DNA of 64,000 nt, taken from assembly GCF_009914755.1 (NCBI RefSeq), contig NC_060941.1. One strand, written 5' to 3'. Both the position numbers and the translations under genes were made by a program. This document shows, piece by piece, positions 55,370-64,000 of the stretch (its first letter is position 1; each line of letters starts with the position of its first letter). This DNA comes from the human T2T-CHM13v2.0 reference genome, Homo sapiens. The notes beneath the pieces were generated by a model. That model did no database searches. It saw nothing but the letters and a program-made list of their open reading frames with translations, and was not told the origin of the DNA.

Positions 55370-58300
55370 TTGCCTGTGGAAGAGACAGTTGGCTGGCTCT
55401 CAATACTCGTTCTTCCCTTAGTCCTCAGTAGTAAGATCCTGATTTTTATCTGGGCTCATTGTCCAGCCTCCCTTGTAGCTAGGTGAGGTCACACATCTGA
55501 ATTTTGGCCAACAAGATGCCAACAGGTATGTTGTAAAGGTAGGTGGCTTGTCCCTCTTCATCCTGCCCTCTGTCCTGCTGGATGTGATGGCTGGAGCTCT
55601 AGCTGCCACCTTGGACAGTGGGGATGAGGAAGATGAGGCCTCATCAGGGAATGGCAGAGGAGGAACTGGCAAAGCCTCTCACGACTTTGTGGAGTCGGTA
55701 CAAAAACAGCCCTGGACTGCCCTCCTCTAGGCCTTTTTTATGCAGGAGAGAAAGAAACTTCTATGTATTTTAAGTGTCTGTTGTTTTTTTTTCTGTTACA
55801 CACAGCTGAATCTAATCCTGATCTCTTCTTTCAGCAAATGCCAGCTAATTTTAACACAAGTCTATAAAAGGGAAAATAATGAAAAAAAATCAGTTATCAA
55901 AACAAATACTAAAATGGTCCAAAGTCAAGTATTGAAGACTTTTGGAGAATACCACTAATGAGCAAACATAGAAACTCCTTCTCCCCCTAGAAAAGAGAGA
56001 ATTAAGATACGAGGTATCAATTACATTTTGCCAATTAGTTTTTACTTAAAAAATGCAATAATGTGTGTGGGTGCAGCAAAGCAGGCACTGTGTTCACTGG
56101 ATGTGGCTGGAAATTAGTTTAACTTTTGTGGTAAAGAAATTTGGTAATAACATGCCCAGAGTCGGTAATCCTTCTAAGGTGTTGTCTGGAGGAAATACTC
56201 TGACATGTTGAAGAGGCTACAGATACAGCTGGGGGACATTACTTGTTGGCTGCCCAGCATGGGAAACCTCTTCCCACATTTGGGGTGTTCCTCTCCTAAC
56301 TAGAATGCTGGGTGTTCACATTTCCAGGGTTCCTTGCAGTTTGATTGAAGGCACATGGCCTTGGTTTAGCTGATAAAATGCACGGTCCTGGGCTTCATTT
56401 TGGGAGAAAGTGATTTGAGAAGCAGAAGCAGGAAGAATCCATTCCTGGAGCGATGGTGACCCCAGTGCTGTCTGGGTCCTAGTTTCTCTGGGTGGTTGGT
56501 GGTGGCTTGGCAAGCACAGTGCTGAGTGACACTGGCTTAGGCTTAGGCTGCAAAGCCCTGAGCTTGGTTCTCAGCCCTCCCAGTGATCAGTTTGCTCTGC
56601 CTGCTGATGTTTTTGAAAGAGACCCCCAACTCACATGCATAAAGATGTTTGTGTCTAGATTCTGTCATTGCCAACAACAGACACTAACTCTGACTTTGTT
56701 GGGAGGCTTTGCTGGGAGTCTAGACTAGGGGTGGGTGGGAGCTGAGGCTGCCCTGGGCTCTGGAAAGCAGGCCCTCAGTGGGGGTCCTGTGGTGGGACAA
56801 TGTTGGGTTGATGCTGCTCAATGCACATGGCTATGGCTTTGTCTGTCTGCCAGATTCCAGGAGTGAGGAGGGTCCATCCCATTGGCCTTGCTTGGGTAAT
56901 TTTATGCATCCCTTGGCAAGGGGAGTGCAGTTGGACACCTTTCATTTGCCTCCCCACCTTTCTCCCTACTGCCCTGGGCCCCGGAAGGCCAGCCTCACCC
57001 TCTGGTTTCTGATTGGGTCCAGCCAATGAGGAGCTTATCAGGATTCAGCGGGAAGGAGAATGAAGTAGGAATATTCATTCCCCTCCTTGTAGAGTCCCCA
57101 CACACTGGTTTTGTTTCTCAGCCAACAGTCTCAAGTCCTGCCAGGTAGCCATCTCCATACAGCCTCCTGACTCACTGTGGGTGACTCCTTCCTCCTCTGC
57201 CCGCTTCAGGTCTAGGGGTGTTGACAGCCCTGGTGTTACCAGCCCAGAGATAGGGGGCCATCTCCTGCTTACACCTCAGCAAATAGTCCTTTTATTAAAT
57301 GCTACTCAAATTGTCCTAACCTGAGTGTTACTTGATGGAAACTGGACTGATTCAGGGAGAGAGGCATCCCTGACTATAATACAGAAAACGAGTGTGAGAC
57401 TAGGAGGAGAAGTGGCTGCAAGTGTACAAAAAAGTCTCCACTAAATACCCTCTGTAATAGTCATTGTAATGTATGCTGTAATATTGTCAAACCCAGATGG
57501 CTCAGTAAAAACAGATGACCCCCTGTGCTTCCTCGATGTCATTTTTGTAGGACATTTGCTCAAGTTGGTATGGCTTCCGCCCCTGGGTTAGGCCTGTGCT
57601 GGTTGTTCTCTGCGTTCCCTGATCCACCCACATCCTCCTCTGTGCCTGGTGTGGGGGCTGCCCTGTAGGGAGGACATCGCTGGGTTTCCATGGCCCCTGG
57701 CTTCCAGCTGGGTTTGACTAATGGGAGACACCAGCAGGAGATGGGAGAAGAGAGAGGTTGAAGTATTTCTCCCAGCTCCTGTCCTGATGAGCACTGCAGT
57801 TTTGGCCGTAGCTGTGCCCGCTGTCCCTCCCGCCCCTCCCCCCCACCTCCTGATGACATCTCCTGCCATAACCTCCCTCACTGTCTCCAGTAACCCTGTT
57901 TCCTCCCCTTGCCCCTTAGGCTGGGATGATGAGGGCTGTCATCCTTGCTAGCCCCAGGATGCCTCAATGCCCCATGTTGGTTTTCTTAATGTTCACACCC
58001 AAGTAAATAGTCCCTTCATTAAATTCTCTGAATTAAAAAAAAAAAACCCAAACAGCTGAGTTCACCCTTTGTTTCCTGAGAGGACCCTGACTGACTCAAG
58101 GTCTTACTTTGGTTTCCTCTAAAAGCACAGCAGCCTGTGGAGTGGAGCATTTTCTGTTGTTTTGGACAACATCTAAGGACAAGACCCCTATTCTCTCTGC
58201 AGGTGCAGACACCTCCCTGTGTGTCTTGCTGGCAGGCAGCTAGACTGCTCCTTTATCCACCCTCCTGTATCCGGAGCTAGAGAAGCCTGAGGAGAGTTTT

Positions 58301-58770
58301 TGAAGGAAACTCATCAAAGCAGAGAGCACCTAGGGAGAAGAGATGGTGGGTCCCCCCAACCCAGGCCAAGCAAAGGGGCTCCAAGAAAGAGGAGCTGTGT
58401 GCCAGAAGGACAGACTTGGGTTGACAGGCTGAGCTGCCCAAACCCAAGGGCCCTTTCCCAGAGGCCGCTGCTGCAGCAAAGTGAGAACGACTGTTTGGAA
58501 GACGGGTGAAGCCTAGGGCTACCCGAGTTGGAGAGGAGAGGGGGCAGGGGCTCGCACAGTCATCATTTGGCAGGACACAGATGTGGTGTTCCGAGTGGGT
58601 GCTGTGGAATATGAGGTCAGATTGGAATCAGGCCCATCCTCGTAACCTCATTTTACCTTAACTACCTCTTTAAAGGCTGTATCTCCAAATATAGTTGCAT
58701 TCCAAGGTAGTGCATGGTACAGCTTCAGTGTGAATGTTGGGGTACACGATTCATCCCATAACAAGCATCT
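55370..58770. mobile_element. Cluster of old ERVL/MaLR LTR fragments (LTR16/LTR33/MLT1-like)
   Basis: Repeated LTR16-like ends (AAATAGTCCTTTTATTAAA at about 57281, GTAAATAGTCCCTTCATTAAA at about 58003) and MLT-like motifs; boundaries uncertain. Confidence 0.45.
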
Positions 58771-59399
58771 TAGAAGCACCAGGCACTCTTTAACCCTTTA
58801 TAGGCAACCGTGCACAAGACAGAATCTCCAGCCCTCCTGGAGCTACAGAAGAGAAAGAAAAGTAAAGTGAAATGATAAGTACTATGAAAAATGAAGCAGG
58901 AAGGTAGCAGGAGTGGGGCCAAAGTTTGGAACAGGGCATGTCCAGAAGGCCGTAGTGTGGAGATGGTAATGGCAAACTCTGTGTCCAAGGGCAGACACAG
59001 ACATTTTGTGGTGGGGAACACTCTGTCTTATTTCTGTAACATGGGGGAAGGTTTTAGGAGGGATTTAGTGTCTCTCCCCACCTTTTTATAGTTTGGGACA
59101 AGATCAGTTGATGGAGCTCAGGATGTGGCAGAGAGAAGAGGCAGATTAGAGATGGGGAGGGTGTTGAATGTAGGCTAAAACATTTGAACTTGATCCCAAG
59201 GGCCTTTGGGATTAGGGTATATTGAGATAATGTAACTTAGGTTCCTGATTTTACTTTGATGTGTAGATGCTACATAACTGGGGAGAAAGCATACAGATTA
59301 GAGGTCTTTTTGTGTTTAAATAAACAAATGCATGTGTATAATTGGGATAAGAGGGGTACTTGGAGGCCGTTTATGGAGAAACAGCAGTCCCTAGCCCTG

Positions 59400-64000
<4,601 letters not shown>

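Overview
Human genomic DNA, recognisable as 17p11.2 (Smith-Magenis/Potocki-Lupski interval). It contains the last coding exon and 3'UTR of EPN2 (+); the complete 7-exon B9D1 CDS (-, 615 nt, 204 aa) with several alternative terminal exons and the intronic MIR1180; the complete MAPK7/ERK5 CDS (+, 2451 nt, 816 aa); and the complete MFAP4 CDS (-, 768 nt, 255 aa). All coding exons were assembled by hand at GT-AG junctions with consistent phases. The rest is Alu, L1, L2, LTR and DNA-transposon sequence; repeat subfamily names and ends are approximate and come from memory of the consensi. Main observations: (1) the +1 frame of B9D1 has no stop across exons 1-6 and ends exactly at the first codon of exon 7, and a candidate upstream B9D1 first exon in the MAPK7 promoter would make this frame the first one translated, an arrangement like CDKN2A/ARF; (2) the four genes appear to form a sense-antisense chain with overlapping or bidirectional poly(A) signals; (3) three RFX X-boxes cluster at the B9D1 start; (4) a locally templated L1 patch sits inside a MER4 LTR; (5) a MADE1 MITE sits inside an Alu.
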